A stretch of DNA of 63,785 nt, filler included, from Nemertoderma westbladi (lineage: Eukaryota; Animalia; Xenacoelomorpha): the NCBI GenBank assembly GCA_032718475.1. It is 4 parts of 4 records of this genome, joined end to end, with 100 filler letters (N's around TTAATTAATTAA, not from the genome) between each part and the next. Parts side by side here need not be neighbours in the genome. Positions count along the whole stretch, not along the records: positions 44,284 to 54,331 come from JAUCBJ010005751.1; positions 54,432 to 63,785 come from JAUCBJ010003940.1; 2 more parts are not named here. One strand, given 5' to 3'. Each line of letters begins with the position of its first letter. Within the stretch, counting starts at the first letter, position 1. The position numbers and the translations under genes are program-made. The notes below the pieces were generated by a model, which did no database searches, was not told the origin of the DNA, and saw nothing but the letters and a program-made list of their open reading frames with translations. Positions 48,979-62,574 of this stretch are shown here, piece after piece.

Positions 48979-50107
48979 GATTGTTTTAATATACTTTATA
49001 TAATTTGCTTTTTGCATATAATAATATTAAGAAATTAAGAATTAATTTTTGCACAAGGAAATGTTACTTATAATGCTATCTTACATGTCTGGTGTATTTC
49101 AAAATCATTGGGGTTTGTACAATTGTAATTGGAATACACCACACCCTCATGGGTTTTCTTTGTGATTTTAGAGATTTAAAAGTTCAATATTAAATTTTTT
49201 ATTTAGTAATACTTTTTGTGTTTTTTTTTTGTTAATTTGTATTTGCTGGTATTGTATTTTAGGTGTTTTCTTTTGTTATTAATTTTGGTATTAATTATTT
49301 TGTATTAATCCAGGGAATATCCTTATTAACTCAGAGTCATCACTCGTTAATTCGGAGACCATCCTCGTTAGCTCAGAGTCCATCCTCGTTAATTCAGAAC
49401 CATGATTAACTCAAAAAATTTGAATAATTTTTTTTAATTATTATAAGGTTTTCTAAAGTGCTGAATTAATTGATTGAAAATGATTTTAAATGGCCTGCTT
49501 TTATTGTAATTCCATTCATGTGATGTGTTTCGTGCCACAATTTTTTGTAGTATAAATTGGAGGAATCTATGCGCCTGTCGATTTATACGAATCGACAGGT
49601 GCAACAAGAGTATTTGGAACATTATCACTACGTCCATGTATAGTTATATATGTTAGCCAACAAGTATAAACAAAACTGACCTTAACAAATTCAAGGTAGG
49701 CATTTATTATTTACCATCAGCAAAATGTGCTAATAATGACTCTAGTAATACCGAAATATTCTAGAACAATACCACATGGCCAACGCAGTCGGCCATGCAC
49801 TCGCACTGCGCAAATGCTCCATTATCGCTTTTTGTTTTGGCTAAATTAACCAGTCTTTAATGATCTGGTCAATAAGTTGGTTAAGTTTTATTTACCCATT
49901 AATCCCGGATTTCGCACAAGTTCCAGTCACCCAAAGCTACACACCACAGAGGAAAATTATTGCAAATAAATAAAATATATTCCTCTAAAATAATAATAAA
50001 TACACACTATGAGCGCGTATTTATATTAGTATGAGCTTCATTCTGCACAGCTTAACAAAATCCGTCGAGGTAGCATCGATCTGGTGTCCTCCATGTTGGA
50101 CGTTCTA

Positions 50108-50175
50108 ACAATCGGAATGGTTAGAGCGCCAGACTTCCAACATTAAGGTCACCAGTTCGATCCCACCTCAACACC
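50108..50175 (+). mobile_element. Degenerate tRNA-derived SINE head
   Basis: GGAATGGTTAGAGCG...AAGGTCACCAGTTCGATCCC (A- and B-box-like). Confidence 0.4.
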
Positions 50176-51421
50176 AATGCTAAGCTGTGACAAACAAAAA
50201 TAATAATGATAGAGGAATATGATACTCTTTTTGCGACCATTTTAGTATGAAAAGCAGAGATGAGCACAGGTGCATTCCGATAATTTATAGGGTTGTTGTT
50301 TGATTTGGTTAGTCATGTAATTATGTTTTGTTACAAGAGCGGTGTCGCACAGACTCTCCACCAACAAACTCAGAACCCACCTATATAATTTTGTCCGAGC
50401 TTCGATCCAGGATAAAGAACCACATCAATTATTTCAACATCGTCAGTATGTTCCATTTTCTTAACAATTTCCAACAACTTCTCCCTAGAAACAACTTTTT
50501 CCCTGTAGTCGGACATGTTAAAGTTCGATGTTAAATTGAAAGTTAAACTTATTTCAACTAATTAAGTAGTTAATATTTAATTAATTTTATGCTTTACTCT
50601 AAAATTGAATTGCTAAGCTCACTGAACCTGAACAGTAAATAATTTACTATGCCGTAGGCTAAAGTTTAGATAAATCTTTAAATAACGTAGTCCGTACGAT
50701 TGCATGTTTGTTCAATGAAATCAATTATGACTAGGCGTACATTCCATTAATGTTTTCCAACAACCTTTGAACAACTTGATTGAAATTAAAATGTAATCAG
50801 ATGAATCTTCGGTCACCAAATCCAATGCGGTTGTGTGTGTCGTACAGGGAAAACAAGATGTTATTATACAAAAGAGTGAAAATTTGTAAAACGTGGTCGT
50901 GAAGCCGGGATTCGAATTAAGCGTAATATCTGAAGGGAGTTTTATCCAGGGGCCTGTTAGTTTTCTGCGTCAAGTTGTACATATGCGAGACAGTATTATT
51001 CATTAGCAATGGTGATTTTTCCTAAGAAACTAGTTTAGCTGAGATATTAGGTTACACTGTTCTATTATGTAAAATCATTATTATTATTCTGGAACAGTTT
51101 TGAAAAAAATTAACTGGAACAAATTCAAGAGTTAAAGAGTGCAACATTTGGGATGTTTAGAATCTATGGAGGCAATATATTTTATATTCAAACTTCATAT
51201 TGTGTAATTACTGGTATAATATAGAATACATGTCAGACTGGCCCGCCCAGACATTTAGTGTTGGGTTCTACCAAGGCCATCGCAATACAAGGCCTGATCA
51301 CTACATTCTAGAATACCTCGATCAGCTGATATAAGAAGTCATATTTTTGGGGTTTTCTAATAAATTGCTGTAGGGTAAAATATATGGGGCGCCTATGGGG
51401 CGCCGTTCTGGTCAAATGCAC

Positions 51422-51755
51422 ATGCCATTCTCGCTGCGAGGATCTCGTTGCGAGAATACATTCTCGCAGCGAGATTGACTTCTCGCACCGAGAATGTGTT
51501 CTCGCTGCGAGAATCTTGCTGCGAGATGTCATTCTCGCAGCGAGATGTCATTCTCGTAGCGAGATGTCATTCTCGCAGCGAGATGTCATTCTCGCAGCGA
51601 GATGTCATTCTCGCAGCGAGATGTCATTCTCGCAGCGAGATGTCATTCTCGCAGCGAGATGTCATTCTCGCAGCGAGATGCCATTCTCGCAGCAGATGCC
51701 TCGCAGCGAGATGCCATTCTCGCAGCGAGATACCATTCTCACTGCGAGATGTCCC
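51422..51755. repeat. 19-bp minisatellite with a palindromic core
   Basis: GAGATGTCATTCTCGCAGC units; CTCGC-A-GCGAG is self-complementary. Confidence 0.92.
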
Positions 51756-52094
51756 ATTTTCTGTTTATGTTTATTTTACTGAATCCAGTATCTCAATCTG
51801 TACTTTACTTGTAACACTGAAATGGGTCGGTCAAAAATAGTTGTCGACGAAGATCGCTTACATTTTCAACGACGGTTTAAAACTGATGATAGTATAGCTA
51901 CTGTAGATTGATGAATATTAGTCCGAAGACATTGCGTCGACGCCGAGAAGAGCTAATTGGAGAAGATGGCCAAGATTAAGATGGCCAAGGGAACTAGACA
52001 GTAATAATGACATCCACATTTATATGCCACATAGACGAAGGTGACTGCAACTACTAGTTGAACAACTCAATGTACAAGCACTATCTTCGATGTA

Positions 52095-53470
52095 GGTTCT
52101 ATAGACTGGTTCAAGTCCAACCTTTCAGACAGAAGTCGAACTGTAGTCATTAGCAAATCGCGGTCTACTGTACAAGAGATTGCCTGTGGTGTACCGCAAG
52201 GTAGTATATTAGGTCCTCTGCTTTTTGTATGCTATGTAAATGATATGATAAGTAGTATAGATCCCGATTTTAAACTCATTTTATATGCCGACGACAGTGC
52301 TCTTATTTTCTCTCATAAAGATCCTATCCATATTTCCCAAAAGTTAAGTGCAGTTCTAGAATCCTGTAATGAGTGGTTGGTTGATAATAAGCTATCCATT
52401 CACTACGGTAAGACTGAAAGTATTTTGTTTGGTTCCAAAAGAAAGTTAAAGAAGGTAACTAAGTAATGGACATAAGATTGAAAATAGAAAGGAAGTTAAA
52501 TATTTAGGCGCCACATTGGATAACTGCTTATCAGGAGAAAGTACAGTGAAAAATATTTTCTCGAAAGTTAACAGTAGGCTTAGGTTTCTATACAGAAATA
52601 AAAATAGTTTAAACACCGACTTCCGCAAGTTACTTTGTTCTTCTTTAATCAGTGTCACATGGACTATGCGTGCTCTTCTTGGTATGAAGGCTTAACCAAA
52701 CAGCTTAAATGTAAATTACAAGTAGCTCAGAATAAAGTAGTACGATTTATTAAAGACTACACACCTCGGCACCACCTAACTCCAGATGACTTTTCTGAAT
52801 CTGGACTACTTAACTTAGATAGTAGAGTTAAGCAGCTACGCCTTAACCATGTGCATAAAGTGTATAATGGTAAATGTCCCAATTACCTAAAACAAAAATT
52901 AAACAGAGTACGCGATACACACTCTTACAGTACCAGAGCTAGTGCTTCAAACTTCTACCTCCCGAATTGTAAATCCTTTGAATCTGATACTTTTTTTTTT
53001 TAACGGCATTAAAAATTGTAACGCTCTGCCTAATGAAATTAAAAACCTAAATAATCAACATTCTTTTAAATCTGCAGTTAAATCTCACCTCCGTGTGCAG
53101 TGTAAAAATAGGTACAATAGTCCTACAGTAAGTTATTAGTTTATTAATTATTTACTATTTGTACTGTAATTACGTTATATAATAAATTGTTCTGTACATT
53201 ACATTTTTATCGTTGAGTCGGACATTGTCACGCTCTTGGTAAAGTTGTACATGTACATAGTGTAATTACGTTTTATATTGGTTTTAGGTTAGCGTAGTGT
53301 AATATTGTATTTGTAACCAAGTAACATAAAGGACCCCTATGAAATAAGCTGCAAAGCTTTAGGGGTAATCCGCTATATGTTATGTTGGACAATACCTTTA
53401 TACCGGTACATTGTTTGGTGTATTTGTTATTGTTTTTACATAATGTATAAATACATCTATCTATCTATCT
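52095..53470 (+). mobile_element. L2/Crack/Daphne-group LINE 3' fragment
   Basis: WFKSNLSDR, GVPQGSILGPLLF, YADD, KYLG, DYACSSWY, HSYSTR; ends in a (TCTA)n tail. Confidence 0.88.
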
Positions 53471-54331
53471 TCAATGAACAATGAATTTTTATTTCAAATA
53501 AAAGAGATAATGATAAATAGTATAGAACTAATTATGTAAAATTACAATCATATTTATGCAATAATTACTAAGAAATTCGATCTATTATTAGTTGCGTAAT
53601 CAAGAACAAAATCAACCTGCAAATAGTGAAGACCTCGTTTTGGAATTTCGAAAAACTATACTTGGTCAGATGCGCGATATCGAGTTTAGTTAATAAATTG
53701 AAAACTACATCAATTTATATGCACACAGTAATAAGAAATCCTTATGAATGTAATCAAATACAAATTAGTCTAGAAAAATTTCCTCAAAAAAGTACGTTAA
53801 AGTCTCGGCATTGGTGCTTCAAAACTAGGCTAGTGAGATTCAGGATATTGGCGTTTAAGATAAAAATCGAAAACCCCATCGAATTCCGTAAAGGCGTTAA
53901 TAAAATATTGAAACTTTTTTGAAATTGGTAAAATTATAGAACTAGAAAAAATTATTTTTGAACGGCGATGTTTGGGGTTTCGAAACATGGATATGCTGAA
54001 AGAGGACATCGAATAAGTTGAAAAATAAAAACCCTTTCGAATTTGGACCAAGCGTTCCGGAGTTATGGCGGATCTAAAACAATTACCCCCCCCCCCAAGT
54101 TTTTTTGCATTAACAATTTTTTGCCTAATTTTTGATAGGGAATCGATTGGCAATACTGGCTACGAAATTTTTTTTTGAAATTTTTGGACAGAAAAAAAAC
54201 ATGGAAAAAGTATCTTCTCAACTCGACACACTACTGTATATCTAAAAAACCATTCAGTATGGTAATTCAGTGGCCCCTCCCCCCTCCCATATACACCATG
54301 TCCCAGAATATTATGTCGTAATCCAATGACC

Positions 54332-54431
54332 NNNNNNNNNNNNNNNNNNNNNNNNNNNNNNNNNNNNNNNNNNNNTTAATTAATTAANNNNNNNNNNNNN
54401 NNNNNNNNNNNNNNNNNNNNNNNNNNNNNNN
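54332..54431. other. Artificial contig spacer
   Basis: N44-TTAATTAATTAA-N44. Confidence 0.97.
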
Positions 54432-55289
54432 ATTATTAAGCAATTATTATATTACAGTGCATATTTTTAGGAATTGTGGCATTTTGTACAATAATAAATC
54501 AATTTGCAGTTTGTGAAATTTATTAATACATAGTTAATTACAGAATTAGGTAAATTATATGCAATATTACAGTGCAATGTATGCTAATCAAGTATTGTTA
54601 TTATTACTACTATTAATAAATAAATAAACGTTAATTGGTTAATAAATAAACTTTCAAATAATTAGGCCTACAGAATTAGGTTTCTTAATAGGGCATAGAG
54701 GAATCAACAAACTTTGAAAAGGAGTGGTGTGCTATGGACGTAGCTGAATCAACAAACTTTTGAAAACAGTATAAGTGGTTCGCCATGGGCATAGGCAGTT
54801 GGTGAGAAGTCAAAAATTGGACTTCAAGTCCAATTTTAGACTTCAAGTCCAATTTTGGACTCTGAAGTCCAATATTGGACTTTAGTACAACTCCAAGTGT
54901 ACCCATACTGCTATACTGTATATATCGGTATTTAAATCAAAACTGCATCCCGCGTCAGTCAGTACATACATATCAGCATATCATGCATATTACATAATTA
55001 CAATGCAACATTATTTTAATGATCAAATTAATTATTCTAAGAATTATAAGCAGGGATCACATACATACTGTCAGACATCAGTAGTTACTTTTTGCGGTAG
55101 TGGTATGACTTTGCGGTAGCCTTACTGCCTTAGCGGTGTATACCGTACCACGGTAGTTGAGTTATAGCTGTATAGTTCATTCATACCCATAGGCTACCTG
55201 TGGTATTTTCGTTAGGCAAAAATAAGACTACTGTAAACTGTAACCCATTATGTTATTGAGTTAATGTTTATTGACTAATTGTTTTGATT

Positions 55290-55690
55290 AGGTTCACTGT
55301 GTCAAGTAAAATGCACACATCTCCAACCAGACGCTATATAACATTGGAGTTGGAGGTGTCTCATTGGTTCCCCCAAGCTTGACACTAGAACAAAGCCGCC
55401 TCCGCTTTGCAGGACATTGCTTTCGCTGTGAGGACCAGCCAGTGCACCTCATGGAGTGAATAAGCATGGTGGACACTGGACAGCCCATGACTTTCTTGCG
55501 ACGCATCTTTCTTACAGTCTTAAAGGACACTGGCCTTGAAGATGCGGATGATCTAACAAATGTCATTGGTAATAAGGCTGTAAGGGAGTTGTGGAGGCGC
55601 AATTTTGTCAACAAGCCGGCACAGCATTCTTAATAGGGCCTATATATATAATGCAGCTGCAATGCAGCATGCCGATTGTAGTAGTAGTTG
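55290..55690 (+). mobile_element. RTE-clade LINE 3' end (same family as 22300..22690)
   Basis: Nucleotide match to 22305..22690; (TAG)n tail. Confidence 0.8.
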
Positions 55691-56891
55691 GTTAGAAAAG
55701 CCCGCTTCTGCATGTATAAGCACATGCCCTATGCAGCTATGTCTGTATGTGGTGATAGGGCTCCTTCAATTGGTAAAGTCAAAAGTGGCCGTTTATTGTT
55801 TTAGTTAGAAAAGCCTGCCTCTGTAACGTGTTCCTTTCCCTCAATTGGTTCATGTTTTATTATGTGGAGACCCCAACACGTTAATCAGTTAATCCCCTTT
55901 CATTATCCAGCCGTTTTAAAATACCCTTCCTGTTGTATGGAACAATTAGAAGAGATGGTGGTAGCATCAACTTGCAGTATTTCTTTCTGATAGGGCTCCC
56001 ATACTGCCATAGGCTTAGACGAAATCGTAGCTTGTAGGCCTACTGTAGTTAGCCTTAGCAGCAGCTGCAGTTGGCAAACCTGGCATTGCTACCAGTTTCC
56101 ACCAAATATAATTTGTAATTAAATATTTGTTGGAGCATAATCCAATCTAGTCCTAAAGACTCTACTAAAGTCCTGGGTACATAAGGCTGTAAGGTTAGAC
56201 ATAACATGAATGTAAACTAAACAATATACTAATGTAAAGTGTAAAGTACAAAGTACCTAGAATGCTAGAATGTAGCATTATATTCTAAGTACAGTACGCT
56301 GAAGATACATACAGAGCTGCAAAGGTAACTTTCCATAACTTAATAGCTGTCTGGCTGTCTCTCATCTGTCATGCTTCATGAACCTTTAAGTTTGATTCTC
56401 AATGTCACGTCCAAAATTGGACTTAAAGTCCAATATTGGACTTTTGTAATAATTCAAAGCCTTATAAAAAAAACCCGCAGATATATCCCACAAGTATGGC
56501 TGTATGGTAATTCTTTAAATACACATTATCATAGTCAGCCAGTTTATTATCATAGCTGCATAGTCAACCATGGAATCATAGTCACACAGGTTGACCGTAT
56601 TAAATTAATCGGGTACCGGTAGGCCTACGTTTTAACCGAAGTACCCTACATGCCCTACCTTTTGACCTGTAACTCTAAGTAAAAAGTAACCCAAAGTTTC
56701 ATTCAATTTATAGGCCATGTGTTTTGTAATAAGTGTGCCCCTCCTGCCCACATTCGGGTGTTTGTGTGTGCCCAGCCCATACGTTAGCCTAAATTTCACT
56801 GATGATAGGCCTAGGCCCTATATATCTGTCTGTATAATCGAATCCAGTAATCTGTATATACCGATACACCACACAACTCATAATAAATAAT

Positions 56892-58067
56892 ATGTCTCTT
56901 ATTGGATTAAAGAAACAGTTCAATAAAGCGAACCAATATGTATCAGAGAAAGTGGGAAGCGCGAAAGGGACTGAGATTGAAAAGGAATTTATCGAGATGG
57001 AAAAAAAGGTTGACACCTATGAAAACCTTGTGGATGATTTACAGTCTCGAACGAAAGAGTACCTGCAACCAAACCCTACCAACCGCATGAAACTCGCCGC
57101 TATTTCGACCTACGGTAAACTTCGCGGCACCCATAAAGACACCCAGTACGTCCAACCAGAAGCCAAATTGGGTGATACTATGCTGAAATACGGTCATATA
57201 CTGGGGGATAGCACTACATTCGGGGGATCGCTATTGGAAACCGGCGATGGATTTAAACAATTAGGGGAAATTCGTGATTCATTCGATTTTAATGTGAAGC
57301 AAAATTTTTTAGATCCTTTGAATTCGCTGCAATGCAAAGAATTAAAAGAGTTGACGCATCATCGGAAGAAATTGCAGAGTCGGAGGCTCGATTTTGACGG
57401 TAAACAGCGTAAACGCGATAGGGGTGGCACCGTAGCTGACCTCGATATCCGATTGGCCGAGGAAAAGTTTGAGGAGAGCAAAGAGTTAGCCCATACGGGT
57501 ATGGTAAATCTCCTTGAAAACGACGTGGAACAGATAAGCCAGTTGGCCTGTCTGGTCCAGGCTCAGTTGGACTACCACGGGCAATCCAAGGAGGTGCTGT
57601 CCCGTCTGGCGTCGCGACTGCAGGAACGTGTGAAGGAGGCCCAACGTCGACCCAGGGAGATCCGATCGACGCGTGGAGGTTCAACCTACTCGAGATCGTC
57701 TCAAGGCTCCAACGCGTCTGATAGCGCACCGATCCGGTCCGATGCAGCTCCGATCCGTTCCGATGCAGCCCCAACCCGATCGGGCGCTGATTCTCTCGCT
57801 GCTCAGCCGAACTTTTCTCCCTTCGATTTCGACCTTCTCACCCCTCATCTACCGGCTGTTCCCGTTGCTAACAACAGCAACCAATGCCCCTCCTGTCGGG
57901 CTCTGTTCGACTTTGACGCAGAGAATGAAGGTGAGTTGGGTTTCCCCGAGGGCGCTGTAATTTCTCTCGTGAGACGTATCGACGAGAACTGGTTCGAAGG
58001 AACGTACGGCGGTAAGTCCGGCTACTTTCCGATTAACTACGTTGAGGTTATTGTCCCCCTCCCCTAG
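56892..58067 (+). CDS. EndoA: Endophilin A (N-BAR + SH3; SH3GL1/2/3 family), intronless
   Basis: H0 helix MSLIGLKKQFNKANQYVSEKVG; BAR motifs EYLQPNP, VKQNFLDPL, HHRKKLQSRRLDFD, AEEKFEESK; SH3 CRALFDF..ENEGELGF.EG..I..WFEG...GYFPINYV. Confidence 0.96.
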   Translation: MSLIGLKKQFNKANQYVSEKVGSAKGTEIEKEFIEMEKKVDTYENLVDDLQSRTKEYLQPNPTNRMKLAAISTYGKLRGTHKDTQYVQPEAKLGDTMLKYGHILGDSTTFGGSLLETGDGFKQLGEIRDSFDFNVKQNFLDPLNSLQCKELKELTHHRKKLQSRRLDFDGKQRKRDRGGTVADLDIRLAEEKFEESKELAHTGMVNLLENDVEQISQLACLVQAQLDYHGQSKEVLSRLASRLQERVKEAQRRPREIRSTRGGSTYSRSSQGSNASDSAPIRSDAAPIRSDAAPTRSGADSLAAQPNFSPFDFDLLTPHLPAVPVANNSNQCPSCRALFDFDAENEGELGFPEGAVISLVRRIDENWFEGTYGGKSGYFPINYVEVIVPLP

Positions 58068-58929
58068 GCTGCATTATTCCATCCAACAAGTCATTAATTA
58101 TTTGGCCACAGAACTGACATTGTTTGTGAATTTTATTTTTACTCATTTCATTATCTATAAAATGTAATCTGTAAACATATCACCTTTACTGTTACATGCT
58201 TTACATGCAGTACATTTGACAATCATATCATAAGGCGAAATAAACAGTTTAGCATCGTTTTATCCAATCCTGGATGAGGGAGGGGGGGAGGTGTCTCTTG
58301 ACACAATCATAATTAATCTCTCTCCTGGGAAAATATACACAAATATCTGTCGATTACTTGCAAAAATAAAACTGTAACCTGTCCTCGTGTGCTGTTTACT
58401 TTCGGTAACACATGTTGGTGATATTAAACTTTTCATACATACAGTACACAGGTCCTACTAATATCGTATGTGCTGCATAGTAAATTCCCAAACTCTGTCA
58501 GTTTCTATTTTAGTAATCATATGTATATTAGTTAACATGGCGCGAACTATGATATCTGGTAGTAAAAGTAGATATATAGTTCCTATAAATTACTGCTTAG
58601 GAATATAATATAATAATTATTTGTCAACCTATCTATTTACAATTCCCCTCACGCTATTTCCACATATGATTTTTTATATATTATTAATTATTATGCACCA
58701 TACCGGACCGGTATATATAGTAATGTTGCTTTCTCATTAGTTTATACGTGTTTACTCCTATTTTAATCTGTCACTTTCGGCAGTCGTAGATAATTATTAT
58801 TGGTGCATATATACTGCATATATTAATTGTTATAAAATAATTATTAGGCCTAATTAACTATGGTTACTGGGTATTCTAGATATATATGCCTATTATTACT
58901 AGATATTGATTATATATAACTTCTCACCT

Positions 58930-59462
58930 GATTGTTTATACACACATATACAATTGTTTATACACACATATACATTGTTTATACACACATATACAATTGT
59001 TTATACACACATATACATTGTTTATACACACATATACATTGTTTATACACACATATATAATTGTTTATACACAACACACATATACAATTGTTTATACACA
59101 CATATACAATTGTTTATAAACACACATATACAATTGTTTATACACACATATACAATTGTTTATAAACACAAATACAATTGTTTATACACACATATACAAT
59201 TGTTTATAAACACACATACAATTGTTTATACACACATATACAATTGTTTATACACACATATACAATTGTTTATACACACATATACAATTGTTTATACACA
59301 CATATACAATTGTTTATACACACATATACAATTGTTTATACACACATATACAATTGTTTATACACACATATACAATTGTTTATACACACATATACAATTG
59401 TTTATACACACATATACAATTGTTTATACACACATATACAATTGTTTACACACACACATACA
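58930..59462. repeat. 22-bp AT-rich minisatellite
   Basis: TACAATTGTTTATACACACATA units, more than 20 copies. Confidence 0.95.
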
Positions 59463-60939
59463 ATGTAATCTTTAATGTGTATTCGGAAGTGGATGAACTT
59501 TCGGAGGTTCTTTTAATTTAAGTGTCACGTTACTCGCTTTATTGTAATTAATTAATATTCACCCAATAATACGTGTCGGTTAATATTTACCATACTGACT
59601 GTTACTGAAAAAAAATATAACCCGTGCCATCTTTTTCCTAATACAACCAATAGGCCTAAACCAAAACTAATACCAATAATTGGTTATGGAAATTTGACAT
59701 ATTGATTTTTGAAGTCAGTTTAAATCGCTAATGTTAGGTTATTAAATGCTCATGATACTTTACTGGGTGAATTACGTAATGACTAATGAATCTTTTAGTT
59801 TTTATTACTTTATATTTATTAATATTCATTTATATGTTATTAAGGTTATGAATTGATGAGATTTGCATTCGGAAAAGATTTGTTTGTTTCAAGATTGATA
59901 TTTTATGTGTGACTCCTCCATTCGGATTTTGCAATTAAACGTATATAATTTTGACGTTTCTGTTGCATTATAAAATACATTTTTAATTAATTGTTAGTTA
60001 GTCATCTAGTGGTTACTCATCTTCATATATAATATTACATTTATTCGTTGTACAAGACGTTGTATTCGTTGTAGTGAAGGATTAATTATTTCCATTGACA
60101 ATTTTTGTCATTTAGTTTATTCGTTGGGGGTGTTGATTATAATACACGTATTTTATTTATGAGTGCTTTAATATATTAGTAGGGCATATTCCAAAAAATG
60201 CTGCAGTATATATATATTCGTTTTGTTGAATAATGTTATTCATGTTATAATGTTATAGTTTTACTGTCTGTTGTGTGTATTGAGATACTCCCTTTCCATT
60301 AACCGCCATAATTTTGTTTTATAACTAAAGAGTAAGAATATGTCATAAGGTGGAGAGGGGGGGGGGGTCAAAATTGAACCGTACAACATGGGTAAAATAA
60401 ATAACGGCGCAAAGAATAGCAAAAGTTACACTATTACCTGCGGTATTGGCACCTGTTTATTTTATTGTACAGGAACAACGTGCCACTGAACCTGCTCTTT
60501 TCCCTCACTTGGTAATTAATTCCCCATACGACCCCCCCCCCCCCCCCCCCCCCCCACCCCCCTCACGTCCTTTATTATTTCCTTTACATGTGCTTTACTT
60601 GAGATGAATTTAAATGTTTACGTGCGCACTTATGGCTAGGGGGGGGGGGGGGGGGGGGTGGATGGTCGTCATTTTTTACCCGCACATATTGATAAAATTA
60701 AGTAGATACTTTATGAAAGACCACTAGATCATTTGTTATAGAATACAAAAAGACGTAGCGGGAGAACGTGGATTCCGGGAGAACGTGGAATGTGCGAGGC
60801 TATTAAAAATACAATGGATTTTTATTATTTTTATTCCTTAAGCAACGATATGATATTAAATTATTGAATCGTTGTAAAGGCGCTGTTTGAGAGTGCAATA
60901 TGTTGTGAGCCAGAACAATAATTAATTAATTAGTATATT

Positions 60940-61825
60940 ATACACCATGACCCGTAATATAGTGTAATTTTCTGATGACACAGATCCCCCCCCCCCCCCC
61001 CCCCCCCCCCAATTTTCTACAAATCTTTATCATATTGCTTGAAATTTGAAACACAACTAGTTCAATTCTCCGCACATGAAGTTGGAATTTTAGATTTTCG
61101 CTTAATAAATTTTTATTGATTTTATCAGGTTTTAAAAAGGTGTCTCGCGCAATTGCACTCTCCCTATCGCTGCCATTTCTTCGCATTAGTCGTACATTAG
61201 TTCATATCAATAGAAAGCTTGCGTTGAAAGGATTCCAAATATGTAACAATGTCTAAATTTCGTTGAGAAACAGCTGAGATAAAGGCGTCCAAAGGTTATA
61301 GGACGCTGAAGGCCATTTGATTCTATTTAATAATTTCACGAAATTCTAGAACGTGTTATTTATTTTAGAGTTGCTAGGCAACAGCGGAATGCCTACACAA
61401 TATCTATTTTGCGTAGCTAATAATACATAAAGAAATTGTTCCAGAATATTGTGTATTTATTAAATAGAATAAATGGCCTGCAGTGAAATATAATTCTTGC
61501 AATCTTTGAATGCCTATATCTCAGCTGTTTCTCAACGAAATTCAGATATAGTTACATTTGGAATCCTTGCAACGCAAGGATTAATGTGGAGAATGGCAAT
61601 GATACGGATGGTGCGATTTCGCAAAAGACACTGTTTTAAAACGCTTATAGATAAAATTTAACGGCGAAATCGATAATTCCGGCTTCATGGTAACAACCAC
61701 GGCTAGTTGTGTTTCAAATTTCAAGCAATGTGATAAATAATTGTAGGAAAATTTGGGGGGGTGGGGGGTGTGGGTGGGGTCCGTGTCATTAGAAAACGAC
61801 ACTATATTACGGGCCATGGTGTAAA
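60940..61825. mobile_element. Foldback/MITE-like element, largely palindromic
   Basis: Termini TACACCATG(A/G)CCCGTAATATAGTGT are inverted. Inner arms (GGATTCCAAAT...CGTTGAGAAACAGCTGAGAT) are also inverted. Confidence 0.75.
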
Positions 61826-62574
61826 ATAGTAAGAATATTACATATTAATTGTATAATAATATATTACAAATATATGCATATTATTGTTGTAGGTTATGTT
61901 GAAGCAAATGTAATCCTGTAATTTGATATTCCTTTACTTTTTAGCATATGTATTGAAATGTTGCCCTAATTAATAATTTATTCATTTGTGGCTTTAGTAA
62001 ACTTTGCTGGTGTGGTCTATCTGAGAGTAGAGTTATAGTTATTATAAATAAAAGTATTGAAAGAAAGAAACACTTTCCCTAACGTCAATTAAATTTAACA
62101 TTATTTGATAATCGCGACACATTACATATTTGTATCGTGTAATATCCACGGCCCTTTCATTACAAAACCCAGTATCCCCAAATTTTTCATTTTGAGAAAA
62201 ACCCAATAGACTTTGGACCTTCTGCGATTGATGATCAAAGCTGTGAAATGAACCCCAAATGTGTCAGAACCAAGGGCAGCCATTGGTTAATTTAGCCAAC
62301 CAATAAAAAACAGGAATTTATTTACCAGAATTTAATTATTACTCATGATATGAGCCATCGCCGTTGATACTGGGTTTTGATATGAAACTTTTTGGAGATT
62401 TTTGGGTTTTGGTATGAAACTTGTAAATATTAATTTCAAAACCCAGTATCTCCATCAGTATTAATTTTTAGAACTGTCACAAGACTATGACAACACATTA
62501 TTGATGTTCCCATCAATGAATTTCCACAAAAACTGGCCAGTACCTAATTAAGCTATTGGTTAAATTACCCACGT

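Noticed and set aside
56799-56830. Hammerhead ribozyme at CTGATGA (also ~51883 and ~62738)
   Set aside because: No stem II followed by GAAA and no closing stems.
58906-59521. HTYTIVY-repeat ORFs
   Set aside because: Artefacts of the 22-bp minisatellite.
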